From: Zootoca vivipara
Lineage: Eukaryota
NCBI RefSeq assembly: GCF_963506605.1
Contig: NC_083282.1
Span: 43,276,001-43,340,000 of the forward strand
DNA length: 64,000 bases
Direction of reading: 5' to 3'
The position numbers and the translations under genes are program-made. Positions 52,548-64,000 of this stretch are shown one piece after another; the first letter of the stretch is position 1; each line of letters begins with the position of its first letter. Under the pieces are notes generated by a model. The model searched no databases. It saw only the letters and a list, made by a program, of their open reading frames with translations, and was not told where the DNA came from.

Positions 52548-52894
52548 AGGTAAAGGGACCCCTGACCATTAGGTCCAGTCGTGACCGACTCTGGGGTTGC
52601 GCGCTCATCTCGCATTATTGGCCGAGGGAGCCGGCGTATAGCTTCCAGGTCATGTGGCCAGCATGACAAAGCCGCTTCTGGCAAACCAGAGCAGCACATG
52701 GAAACGCCGTTTACCTTCCCGCTGTAGCGGTTCCTATTTATCTACTCTCATTTTGACGTGCTTTCGAACTGCTAGGTTGGCAGGAGCTGGGACCAAGCAA
52801 CGGGAGCTCACCCCGTCACAGGGATTCGAACCGCCGACCTTCTGATCAGCAAGCCCTAGGCTCAGTGGTTTAACCACAGCGCCACCTGGGTCCC
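52548..52894 (-). mobile_element. Sauria SINE
   Basis: 14-bp TSD CATTCTGATACTAA (52534-52547 / 52895-52908). Confidence 0.9.
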
Positions 52895-53432
52895 CATTCT
52901 GATACTAAGATACCTGTATATCAGACTCTCAGTAGGACATTTATCCCTAAAGATGAGATGAAATAAAGTTGCTGTTTATTTTATACTCTGAACCATGGAA
53001 GATAAGAATAATAACTAGTTCTTTCCCTCTGCCATTCAATTTCATATGGATTGTTTAGTATTAAAAACATTTAGAAGAAGTGCAGTTACTAGCCTTTCTG
53101 TAGACTTTCCCTCTTATTTTGGCTAACATTTATTTATGGGCTGTGGAAGGCTGTACAAGGGCTCTGACAGCATCCTAGAGTCCTCCCATCTCCTTTCCAA
53201 AGCCTAGTAAGTGCTTGCAGGCAGGAGGTCTCTGGGCCCCTGTAAGCCTCTAATGGATAAGCCCACAATCACAGCTCTGCACAGGTGTGTGTTGGGGAAA
53301 TAAAGATTGGGTTTCTGCCACTCTCCATGTATTTATTTCCCCACCTATCTGCGCAAAGCTGTAATTGCATTAGTGAAATAAGCATAGGTTATGCTTATTT
53401 CACTGATCCAGGTTGGAACTGTGGCATGAGTA

Positions 53433-53810
53433 AAGGATTAATAAAAAAAGGTAGGTAAAGAACCCCTGGTTGGATTAAGTCCAGTCAAAGGCTACCATGG
53501 GGTGCGGTGCTCATCGCGGTTTCAGGCTGAGGGAGACAGCTTTCTGGGTCATGTGGCTAGCATGACTAAATCACCACTGGCACACGGAGGTCCGTGATGA
53601 GTGCCGGAGCGCATGGAAACACTGTTTACCTTCCCGCCACAGCGGTACTATTTATCTACTTGCACTGGTATGCTTTCGAACTGCTAGGTTGGCAGAAGCT
53701 GGGGGAGAGCAATGGGAGCTCACCCCGTTGCGGGGATTCGAACCACCGACCTTCCGATTGGCAAGCCCAAGAGGCTGAGTGGTTTAGACCACAGGGCTAC
53801 CTGCGTCCCT
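53433..53810 (-). mobile_element. Sauria SINE (divergent subfamily)
   Basis: 13-bp TSD TGTGGCATGAGTA (53420-53432 / 53811-53823). Confidence 0.85.
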
Positions 53811-56800
53811 TGTGGCATGAGTAGAAGAGCGTTAACCCTTCCCTCTCCCAGTATCATTGTTGTGACCCTGAAATTGTCTCATAGCGCAAATAGCTTTGTG
53901 GGAGGGATTTCCATTGGGATCACCACACAGGGAGTAAATATTAACCCATTGATTCAGCACCGCAGTCCAGATCTGGATTGGGGGCTCCACATGTGTTTTA
54001 AAAAGTGTGTGCAAATGTGAAGGGTTGGTTGATGTAAACTGCAGCTTGGTCCTTTTTAGAGTTCCCTTGCTTAAACTTAAGAACTCTTTGATATTTTAAG
54101 CTATTATACACTATTGGAAAAAAGCAGGTAGAGGGAGACGCAGGGTAAGGCATAGAGAGAGAGAGAGTAAATTAAGTGATTTGTTTTCTAGATACTTAGA
54201 ACAAATAAAATATTGGAAATTACATTTGAAGGGACATACAAAGTTTACTACAACATAAAGGATTTGACCTTTTCACTTATAATTTGATCAGCAAAGTAAC
54301 ACAACAAAGTACAGACTTTACAGTCATCTGAATATGCATGCCATGGACAATAATAATACTTTTATCTATATGCCACCCATCTGACTGAGTTGCCCCAACC
54401 ACTCTGGTCACTGTCAACAGAAGACTAGTGTACATGGAGGTCTGAAATAATGTTGGTTTACTCTATAGTAGATGGAAAAGATTCCCCCAAAAACATTACA
54501 ATAATGAAAAGCCTTGAAAAACCAAATTTCTCTCATAGGTTCTCTAGTTTTTTACTACCAGTTTCCTACCTGGGCAAGTTGACCTTGCCCAGTGAAGTTG
54601 AGAAATATTTCAAGATTACTGAAAACCAGTGCTCTGTCAGGCAAGCATCAACCACTTTTTTTAATCTGCTTTCTGTATAAAACTGTTGACCAAATTAAAT
54701 GAAGCAATAAAAATAACTCGGCTAGTATTTATTTGTACCTATGTAATTCTTGAAGGTATTTTTGGAAGATTGGTTTGTATAATTAATATGGAAGGAAGCT
54801 CTTTTCTAGCTCACTCTTAAGCGAATAACTGATAATTGTTTAACTTGTTTCTGAGGTGTATATTTACCATAATAGGGAATCCCATTCAAATACTTTGGAA
54901 TATTCATGGCTGGCTGGATGCTCAACTACTAAAGTGCTAGTCCTCCAGAACTCTCCCATCTCAGTTTTCATGAAGGGAAACATGTTTGGGAACCATCTCA
55001 CTTCAAAGGATGCCTCATGCAGAAAGCTTTCCAAAGCCCAGTTCATGTTGCCTCAGCAGCAAGGGAATTGTATAGCATTTTCCAACTCCTGAGTGGTGTG
55101 TAGCGCATGTGGGAGAGAACCGCATCTTTCAGCAAACTCACATGGGTCAATTTTGCTGGTGTGATGTGGGAACAGATGATAAAAAGTGGGTCTCCACCCA
55201 TCTCTAATAACATGAACTGGGCTAATTTTTTCTCTTTGAAGAAACCAACTACTGTGGTTAAGACAATAGTTGCATACTGTATGTTAACAGGAACAGCCAT
55301 GGGGCTGTGAAGGCTACAATGCCAGTAACATACCAAGCAGAACTAAATCGTGTATTCTAGGGAATACAGTTTTAGCTCATATTGCTGTTTGCTGCTTGTG
55401 TTTTACAGTGCAACAGTTTTTTTGCTACATTTTGTAGGCTGTGAAGCACACAGCCCCGTGCAGTGGTGCTAAAGTAACTTCTCCCAGCAACATATGGAAA
55501 TAAGGGAAGGAAATGTGATTGAGCCACAAGCTTAAATCCAAGCTTCTGTTCAATGTTTAGTATCCTCAGCATTGTGATGTGGCATTCTGTGTTGGGGAAA
55601 AGCACATAGATGGTTATAGCTATGGTTAACTTTTTTACCTGCTTCTTCAAGAATGCCAGCGAAACTAGGATAGCCACTTTAGTGCTGCAGTACTGAAGGC
55701 TTTGGGTGAATACTGAGTGTCTTATTTTAACACTTTTGAAATGCTTCCAGTGAAGATGAGGCATTCTCTGAAAACTGAAGTGATCCCCATTGCCCTTTGG
55801 CCAAGATTGAAAATATGTTGGTTGAGAATTAATACACAATAAAATCTGTTTGTAGCATCTCGTGTGGTGGCAGAAATGAAGCTGATGTGTGTTTACAAAG
55901 CAAATGTGTGACTTAAAACGTTTGGTTTGGAGTGGTCATACAAAAAGAGGATTTAATAGTAAGGACTCCACAGCATTAAGAGCTAGAGACAGTTTATTTT
56001 TCTCTGAAGTATTTAAAACAGCTGCTTCTTTGGTGCTGGAAAGTTGTATTGATCTTGTCCTTTATGTGTGACAGCTACAGCAAAGAAAACTAAAACTATC
56101 CAGGAAAAGTTGAGCTATTCCATGTTCATATCCTCCAGTGTTGGCTGTTTTAGGAGACGCTGTTCCACAGCTGATTCTTGGCATAGGAATAGCCAGTGAG
56201 TTATATGTTGTTTTTTAGAATTTTGAACAGAATTATTTGCTAAGATTCTTAGCTATTCTTTTCTTTGTAATTTGTGTTGGCCTACTGCATTAAATATTTT
56301 AGTTCAGTGTTGTACAAATAAGTAATTTATTTTAAGCTGGCCTTCCATATATATTGGCTGAATTGCTGACATCTTATAAGCAAATTGGATATCTTTTAGA
56401 ACTGTAGAAAAGCTTGTATGAATTAAAGCTGGTTTTAGCTACAGAATTTCGCACCTATCATGCATTGTGAATGTCAAATTTAAATAAAAACACTTTGTTT
56501 GGGGTGTAATTGGCATTTTATTTTCAAAATCAAATTTTATAGGAAGGAAATGCTTTGCAGCATAAGCTGACAAGATGTTTATTGCTGTTCAAAGCTTGCA
56601 GCCGGCTCAGTTCAGAAATGTTAAATTTTTTGCGGCTTTCATTCCATTATGCACACAGTTGAACAGCTTAATCTTTTCCTGTGCTAATAATTCAACACAT
56701 TGATACCCATCTCATCATCCAATTCACTTGTTCCATTAGTGCAAGGATTTACATTGGTGCAATGGAACTTCTGCTCTTTTACCTGTGTGTGTACCCTGTA

Positions 56801-57202
56801 TCTACCCCCTATCTGCTCTGGAGAGTTGGAACCATGGGGATAAGTTTTAGGGGGCAAACAGGGAAAGGAGAGAGAGAGAGGAGAGAGTTAGGTTGCACAA
56901 GCTGAAATCCTCCTGCTGGTGGAACATGGTTGTAGCATTAGTTTGGCTACAACCCAGATACTTCATACCATTTTGAGATTGGACCCGAGTAGCATACTCC
57001 TGGCATTCTTACCTGAATGCCAGGGATTGAACCTGGAACTTTTCTATATCCTAAGCATGTTCTGTCCCACTGAGCTGCAGCCTTTCACATACAATAGATA
57101 TCACAATGACAAACCAACACAGTCGGTTTTGAAATTGTTCTGCATCTGGTCTTTATTTGGGGTACAATTAAAATCATGAAGACTTGCTGGTTCATGTTAC
57201 TG

Positions 57203-59041
57203 CTAGGCAGAGATGCTGCTACAGAGATTGTATGCCTCCTTTGTCAACGTTGCAGATTTCAGAGGTGAGTTGAATGGCATGCTTTTGGTTCGGATAATTG
57301 AGCAAGGGTAAGAAGCTGAATGCTCGAGCAGTGGTGGCATGTGAGAGAGCACACAGGTGCATGGTATTTCCTGAAACACTGGCTTATACTGCTCTCGAGC
57401 TGATGGGATGGAATCGCCACTGCTATCTATGGTGATCTCACTGGCCGTGAAGCTGTCTTGTGGCTTTCGGATGCTATCAGACTCGGGGCTGCAGGCTTCT
57501 GCTTTAATTCCAGGCTCAGCTGCCTCGTGAGCCAATGCGCGCTGGAAATACGATTCCGTTTTCAGCTGTTTCACCCAGGCTTTTGCACGTCGCTTCTGCT
57601 GGATTCCTTTCCTCCATTGAAGAAATAGCATACAAATGAATACCAGCATGTAACAAAATCCTAGACTTGCAAAGTAGACGGGCAGCAGACCTGCAAATAA
57701 GACCAGATAGTCAGAAGAGTAATGTGTACTATAATTTAGTCTTGTAAGACTACAACACATGGCATAGACATATACTTTTAAAAAACAAAACTTATATGGT
57801 AGTATGTAATATTACAAAAATGATTCCAAAACTCCATTGTAGAATTCTGTTTTGATTGAAGGGTTTGCCCACATTTTACCTTGGGAGACGTGTGTGTTTG
57901 TGTGCATCTTTGTGTTTAAACAGCTAGCTCACAGCCCCACTCAATATGGGCTGTTTTTTTGATACACTTCCATCAAAATAGGGACATAGCAGTGCATAGC
58001 TGGTTTCACTGCGGTGCACCAACATCTGGCCTCTAACATGGAATTTAGGCTTTGGGGGATGTAACTTTTTCAAATGTTTGTGGTTGCAGAGCGCTTTTGG
58101 AAATTCTGCGTAATGTTTTCCCTAATTTTCTCTAATCCCCGATTCTGAGTTATTACAATCAAAGCTATGCAACTATGGGTTGTGATCCAAAAAGGGATAA
58201 AGAGAACTAGAATGACTTGAACTTCTTCAGATGCTGCTACAGCAGATGAAGAAACAAATATGTCAATCCTAATCTGACTACTGGGTTAAACCTTCAACCG
58301 TGGAAACTGATAAGCACATTACAGTAAAAGAAGTTGTGTTATGAGTTCCTCCCTTTTTATCTACAGTACCTCCATTATAAGATATCAGAATACAGTACTA
58401 TGTTATCAAGTTTATAGTAGAATTAATGTCCAATAGTTTCCCAAGACATTTCACATTGCCCTTATTGGATAATCTGTGAGGTCAAGTTGTGATTAACAAC
58501 AAAGCTGCATTCCTCCATCCTTTCTCCCTGCTCTGTTGTGAGCATTGGGGGGGGGGGGGTATTTGGAGGTTGTACTGGATATGTATGGATCATATATATC
58601 TCGGCTAAGAAAATGGGGACCAAATGGTAGCAAGGTTATCATGCCGCCTGCTAAGGAAATGTGATGTTGTGTAGCCACCACAGGGGTAGCCCATTTATGG
58701 CCCTCCAAATGTTTTGGACTACAGCTCCCCTCATCCCCATGGTCAGGGGTGATGGGAGCTTGAGTCTACAGCACCTAGAGCGCACCATGTTTGCTATCTC
58801 TCACCTACCCAATTCAATCTTGCAGATTCTGCACAGAGAATGAAATGGGTCTGCTTCTCTGTCCGTGCCTCCTAAGTGCTACACTATAATTCCAAAAGTT
58901 TTAACAGTTAGTATATAAAGGGGAGAGCTCCCACAGAGTGGCACTGAGTAGCATAACAAGCATTGGCAAGCAGGTGCCCCAAAGACATGAGCTCTACTTT
59001 TGTGATTCTGGAGTAGAAATTGGCATCCTCATTCTCTCCCT

Positions 59042-59087
<46 letters not shown>

Positions 59088-59498
59088 AATGCTCCAGATA
59101 CAGCTGTAGCCAACTAGTCTACCCATGCACATGCCCCTAGAGCAGGGGTAGGCAACCTAAGGCCCGGGGGCCGGATGCGGGCCAATCGCCTTTTCAATCC
59201 AGCCTGCGGATGGTCCGGGAATCAGCATGTTTTTACATGAGTAGAAGGTGTCCTTTTATTTTAAATGCATCTCTGGGTTATTTGTGGGGCATAGGAATTC
59301 GTTCATCCCCCCCCCAAAAAAAATAGTCCGACCCACATGGTCTGAGGGATGGTGGATCGGCCCACGGCTGAAAAAGGTTTCTGACCCCTGCCCTAGAGCA
59401 ATGCCATGTACACAACTGGCTTGTTGTACCAGCTGCAGAAGAAAAAGTTAAGCTTGCTTAATGCGTTAGAAACTAGACTTACCACTGGAGATAATCAT
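57203..59498 (-). CDS. TEX38: Testis-expressed protein 38 ortholog, about 167 aa, 2 coding exons
   Basis: Main exon 57690-57203 (cag acceptor): TM segment YFASLGFC...LFLQWRK, AKAWV, PVFQEIP and MPPLLEHSASYP, resembling mammalian TEX38 as recalled. Candidate first exon 59498-59483 (ATG ATT ATC TCC AGT G|GTAAGT) has the right phase but is less certain. AATAAA at 57152-57157 (-). Position between EFCAB14 and ATPAF1 is syntenic with mammals. Confidence 0.82.
59045..59083. repeat. (CA)n microsatellite
   Basis: Seen directly in the sequence. Confidence 0.95.
59143..59390. mobile_element. hAT MITE
   Basis: TIRs; TSD CCCTAGAG; same family as 41646-41942. Confidence 0.85.
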
Positions 59499-61457
59499 TA
59501 TTGATCCACAAACACTTGGGAATGTGTCAAATCTGTCTTCACAATGTTAGGCTATTTGTTTTTTCTAGTTCTATGGAAGGAAGGAAAAATGAACTATAAG
59601 AGCATATGGATGAAGTGACTGGTGTCATTGGAATAGAACGGCAAAGAGCTGAACACTCCAAAGCCTCACACTGAGACAATGGCAGCTAGGATACCATTCT
59701 AGAGGGCCTCAAAACACAGGGCAGCCAGGCAGACAAGCAGGAGAAAAGGAGGATGACTTCTTCCTCAGGTGGAGAAGGTCTTCCTTCCCATTCTGGGCCT
59801 CCCTTTGCAGGCTCTCAGCCACAGCCTGCTCCAGCCTGGATTTCTTCCTCTTCTACCTGCTTAGTCATAAGGACATTGCCCCTAGGATCAGATTCTGGCT
59901 TTTGTTTATTATTGGTACTAGTAGTCAGGCCTGTACCCCATATTAGTCCTACTCAGAAGTAAATCAGTTGAAACAGCTGGGCCCATGGCTACTTTAGCTC
60001 CAGTGGGTTTGAGTAGGACTTGGTTAGATAATCATCCCAGGGTTACCATCATTGTCATCCTCATAATTGCTTTTCTTATTATTTTTGGAACCTATATCTT
60101 TGGTTTTGTCTTGTTTTTTCCATCTTCAAATACACCACATCAGTAGATTCTGGCTGTCAAATACTTTATAAATCTGTTAATGTCATCATAATCATCAGTA
60201 GTATTTCTCTTCCTACCTTCCCTCTTCATCATTTTGGGCCGGTGGTAGTTGATGGGAACCCTGAGCAACCTCCCAGAGAGCAGTAGTACAATAGTCAGCA
60301 TAAGACTTCTGCCAAACCTAAACGGCTGGCAGGAGGAAGTGGGAGGCAGGCTTGCCCTATGGTGGCAAGGTTTGGGGAACAGAGGATGGATGGCATCAAT
60401 AGAATTGCACGCATCACCAGAACCCCAAAGCTGGCTTTACTGAATTTGTATTTGAAAGAAAACCAGGACCTGAGGTCCAAAGCCCTAATCCATGGTACGT
60501 ATCATCACCAAATTTTGGAAGGACCTTCATGCAGCCACCATAGCAACTTGAAACAAGAGAGTGTGGCAGATAGCTCTCTTTTGTGAAAAAATTAGCACAA
60601 AAACCAAAATTAGCAAAAGGAATAAAAGGAATAATGATGAAACTTTATCACATACACGAACATTCCAGAAAATTAAAGACCAAGGCAGTATGACCACTTG
60701 TGGATAGTGTAATAATCCTCTGTATTTTGTTACCTGTCGTAAAGCAAGATACTGCCTCTGTAAGAGGAATTCCATCCAGCATCACATTGGGGTCTCCAAA
60801 ATGGAAATTGAGGGGGAAGTTTTGTGGGTGGGAATTAAGGGGAGAGCCAAGGTCTGGGGTTCTGCCGGAAGATGCCCAGTGGCAACAGTAGCTCTGGAAC
60901 AGAGAATCCTTGGTTCAGTTGAAAGCTTGGGCAACTGCCACCTTCAGCTCAGTTTCAAAGTGCAGTTAACTGCCAGCTTCAGCCCAACTGAAAGCACAAA
61001 AAACTGTCCCCTGCACTTTCCACTGAGCTGAAGAAAAGTGTGCCCTACTTAATGGGTGAGGTTTTTTTCTCCTGTTTCAACAGAAGGCAAAGTCAGGGCA
61101 GAAAGGGAGCCCTTCTGCAAGCATACAGTTTAACACAAACTTTGCTCTGGCACCTGCACTCGTTGCCGATTTGCTACTGGGGCAATTTCAAGGTGTTAGT
61201 ATTAGTATGTAAAGCCCTCAAGAGCTTGGGACCACTGTACCTGCTAGATTGCCATTTCCACAGCCCTGCCTGGAGATGCCCACTTGAGATTCACCCCCTT
61301 CCCCCAATCATGTCTGGCTGGCCTGGTCATTGGGGCTGCTAGGACCAGTTGGACCAGTTGCTATCAGTCAGCCAAGAACAACCTTTCAGGGTTGTTGTTG
61401 GGGGGAAATGGTGGTAGGGAACCACACAAATTCCTGAACTATGTTGAGAAAGAGTGG

Positions 61458-61628
61458 NNNNNNNNNNNNNNNNNNNNNNNNNNNNNNNNNNNNNNNNNNN
61501 NNNNNNNNNNNNNNNNNNNNNNNNNNNNNNNNNNNNNNNNNNNNNNNNNNNNNNNNNNNNNNNNNNNNNNNNNNNNNNNNNNNNNNNNNNNNNNNNNNNN
61601 NNNNNNNNNNNNNNNNNNNNNNNNNNNN
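61458..61628. other. Assembly gap (171 N)
   Basis: Run of N characters. Confidence 1.
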
Positions 61629-62483
61629 CTCATCCTTATGAATGGCTCTGGTTTTACCTTCAGTGTGCACCAGTTTGTCCTGGTACAATTTATAGAGTCA
61701 GGTGAGCAAAGGCCTTCAAGGAGGGGTCTGTCCTTCCTTCATGTGGCCCCCTCCCCATGGTATGACCCTCTAGAGAAACAGGAACTGAATTTCACCTGAA
61801 AAGTAAGCTGGCAGCCTCTGCCTCTACCTCTCCCTATTTGTTACATAATAGGACTAACAATGCAGGCTCGGACATTGGCTTCTGTGCTTCAGTCTTCTTT
61901 TGAAAAACCAGTTTCCTTTTCTGCCTGGAAGAAGGAACTGTGGTTTAATGTCCATTTGCCAGATTAATGTCCATTTAGCCTATTAAACCATGTTTTCTCA
62001 TTTCAGATGTATTGGAGAACCGAGTTTTTAAAACAGCAGGACTGAAATGTGTGGCTAGGTGCAGGACTCTTGTTCCCAGCTTAATAAACCATAGTGTTCC
62101 ATAAGCCCAGTGCCCACCCCTCTCTTCGCCAAGCAGTGGTAAGAGCGCTCTTTGGAGAATTGAAGACAAGGCGGAGACTGTTGTGCTTTAAGAAACACGG
62201 CCCTAGCTGTGGAGCTTATAATCAGCTCCAAAAATATTTGCAAATTTTGTTATTACCTACTTTTGTTTAATTTTTTTTCTTTTTTAAAAGCTGTCTATTG
62301 GCTGCCGATTTCATGTTGTGTCAGTTTGTTTCTTTGAAGTCTATAATATTGTTTTGACAGGTATATTTCTTTCTTTTCATATTTCTTAAAACTTAATAAA
62401 GATTAATTAATAAAAAGCCAGTTGTTTGCAATGAAATGTCTGCACTGGGATGCCTCATAGCATCTCCTGAGGTGTGGTATGGA

Positions 62484-62934
62484 CAGGGCCGGATTTAGGT
62501 TTGATGAGGCCCTAAGCTACTGAAGGTAATGGGGCCCTTTATATGTCCAGCTGCCCTTTGACAACAACAAATTGTTGCTGGGTTTTTTTTGTGTTGAATA
62601 TATATGCTATGTGGTAATTTATGGACCTAATAGGTATCTAAAGCCATTTGAACATGCTGTCATTCAACCAGTCCGTGCAGAATGTAGGCGCCCTATATAT
62701 AGAAATGTGCAAACCAGTGATATTTTGGCGAGCAGGCGGGGCCCATTACATACATCATAGGAGCCTACACAACACAAAACACTGTTGCTGTATGTAGGTT
62801 TTATTTTATTTGTTTTTTATCTTATATTTTGGAAATATACATCCAGTGGTTTTTTTTCCTTTAATTTTTTTGGGGCCCCCAAGAGAGTGGGGCCCTAATC
62901 TATAGCTTGTTTAGCTTATACGTAAATCCGGCAC
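62484..62934. mobile_element. hAT-like non-autonomous DNA transposon
   Basis: CAGGGCCGGATTTA...TAAATCCGGCAC termini with subterminal GGCCC motifs; TSD degenerate. Confidence 0.65.
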
Positions 62935-62989
62935 GTGTGGACCACCCCGTGCTCCACCTTTCCCGTGGTGAAAGGATTTAGCATTTAGC

Positions 62990-63600
62990 AGTCGGAGCCG
63001 GTCTGGGGAAGCTTCCTCCGCACCAGAACTGCACAGGATCGGCCTGTACCAGCAGCAGCGCACCCTCAGAGATTAGGGGGCTTCCTGGGTGCCTGCACCC
63101 TCCTTCCCCGCGTCCGCCGCCGCCCATTCAAAAGGATTCGCTGCAACTCCCCCGCCGCCTCCGCCTGTGGTTTCTTCCTCCACCGGAACTTTTGTGCCGG
63201 GCCGCGGCGGCGAGGAGGGCAGTGTTCCGCGTTGCTCTCCGCGGATGTGGGCAGACCGGAGCGGGATGGCGGCGGCGGGGCACCTGCAGCAGCTGTGGTG
63301 GGGGGCGGCGGGGCTGGGGCTGTCTCGAGGGGCGCTGGTGGGGCGCTTCGCCCCCCTGCGGCCTCTGGGCCTGCTGCTGCCCCCGCAGCCCCGACTTCTG
63401 GCGGTCTCGGTTCGCGGGGCGGCGGGCGGCGGGGGCCTGGAGGCGAACCCTTTCTTCGCCAAGTACCAAGGGAAGATCCACGAACTCCGCAGGTAACAGA
63501 AAAGGCAGAGATGTCCCGGGCAGAGGATCGGGGGAAATGATGGACCCGACTCCCTCCTGGGTTACTGTTATTTGGGGGCGGGGGAGGGGATCTGGTAGCA
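62990..63600. promoter_or_regulatory. CpG island promoter of ATPAF1
   Basis: GC- and CpG-rich region spanning exon 1. Confidence 0.8.
63266..63492 (+). CDS. ATPAF1: ATP synthase mitochondrial F1 complex assembly factor 1, coding exon 1 (gene continues beyond the window)
   Basis: Arg/Leu/Ala-rich presequence-like stretch lacking acidic residues, then LEANPFFAKYQGKIHELR (Atp11/ATPAF1 N-terminal motif) and an AG|GTAAC donor. An alternative in-frame ATG lies at 63245. Synteny agrees. Confidence 0.88.
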
Positions 63601-64000
63601 ACCTCCAAGTCCCAAACTGACCAAGAGTGCCCTTTCCCCCGCTTTGCTTAGGCAAGCTCTCTGTGTATGGCAAGGGCAGTGGGGGTTTTTTTCCCTTAAA
63701 AAAATATGCTTAGGAATACTCTCATTTTGACTCAAGAAAACCACCATTTTATAGTTCAAATCGGGGGAAATAAAGACAGTAAATTGAGAAAAGTACAAAG
63801 ATTCACAAAATGTTTAGGGGCCTGCGTCCTCCTCCCCCAGAAAAAAGCACTAGGCAACGGTATGTATGTAACCCTGGGCACACTTGTAACTCCATTGGAC
63901 TCGCTTCAGGATCAGGCTCTCACCCGCCTCTCCCGTATTTTAAAAACTTTGCTTTGCCACACCTCCTCGTATGGTTGTTTACTCTCCGCCCTAACCTTGT

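Noticed and set aside
52548-53810. Two Sauria SINEs in the putative EFCAB14 3' UTR as a dsRNA-forming pair
   Set aside because: Both are in the same orientation, so they cannot pair as an inverted repeat.
61284-61799. ORFs spanning the poly-X stretch
   Set aside because: Artefacts of the N gap.

Overview
This is vertebrate genomic DNA, not prokaryotic. It is squamate (Sauria SINEs, BovB, L2/CR1, Penelope-like elements) and probably a lacertid lizard (inference). Gene order and orientation match the human 1p33 block: the 5' end (exons 1-2) of a CYP4B1-like gene (-), a complete 12-exon CYP4B1-like paralog (-, 501 aa), EFCAB14 (+, 11 coding exons, 503 aa), TEX38 (-) and the first exon of ATPAF1 (+). 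The intergenic and intronic DNA is rich in transposable elements. The most notable items are: (1) an intact Mag-type Gypsy LTR retrotransposon with apparently identical 376-bp LTRs, a tRNA-Ser PBS and an FFDD RT motif, about 1.25 kb upstream of the first CYP4B-like gene; (2) three short TSD-flanked fold-back Penelope-type elements, two carrying minimal type I hammerhead ribozymes and one collapsed to a perfect 126-bp palindrome; (3) a duplicated non-coding module with HNF1/FOXA/C-EBP-like sites upstream of the first CYP4B-like gene, whose copies the Gypsy pushed apart; (4) an orphan coiled-coil-like reading frame interrupted by a MITE. All coordinates were read by eye and no database search was run.
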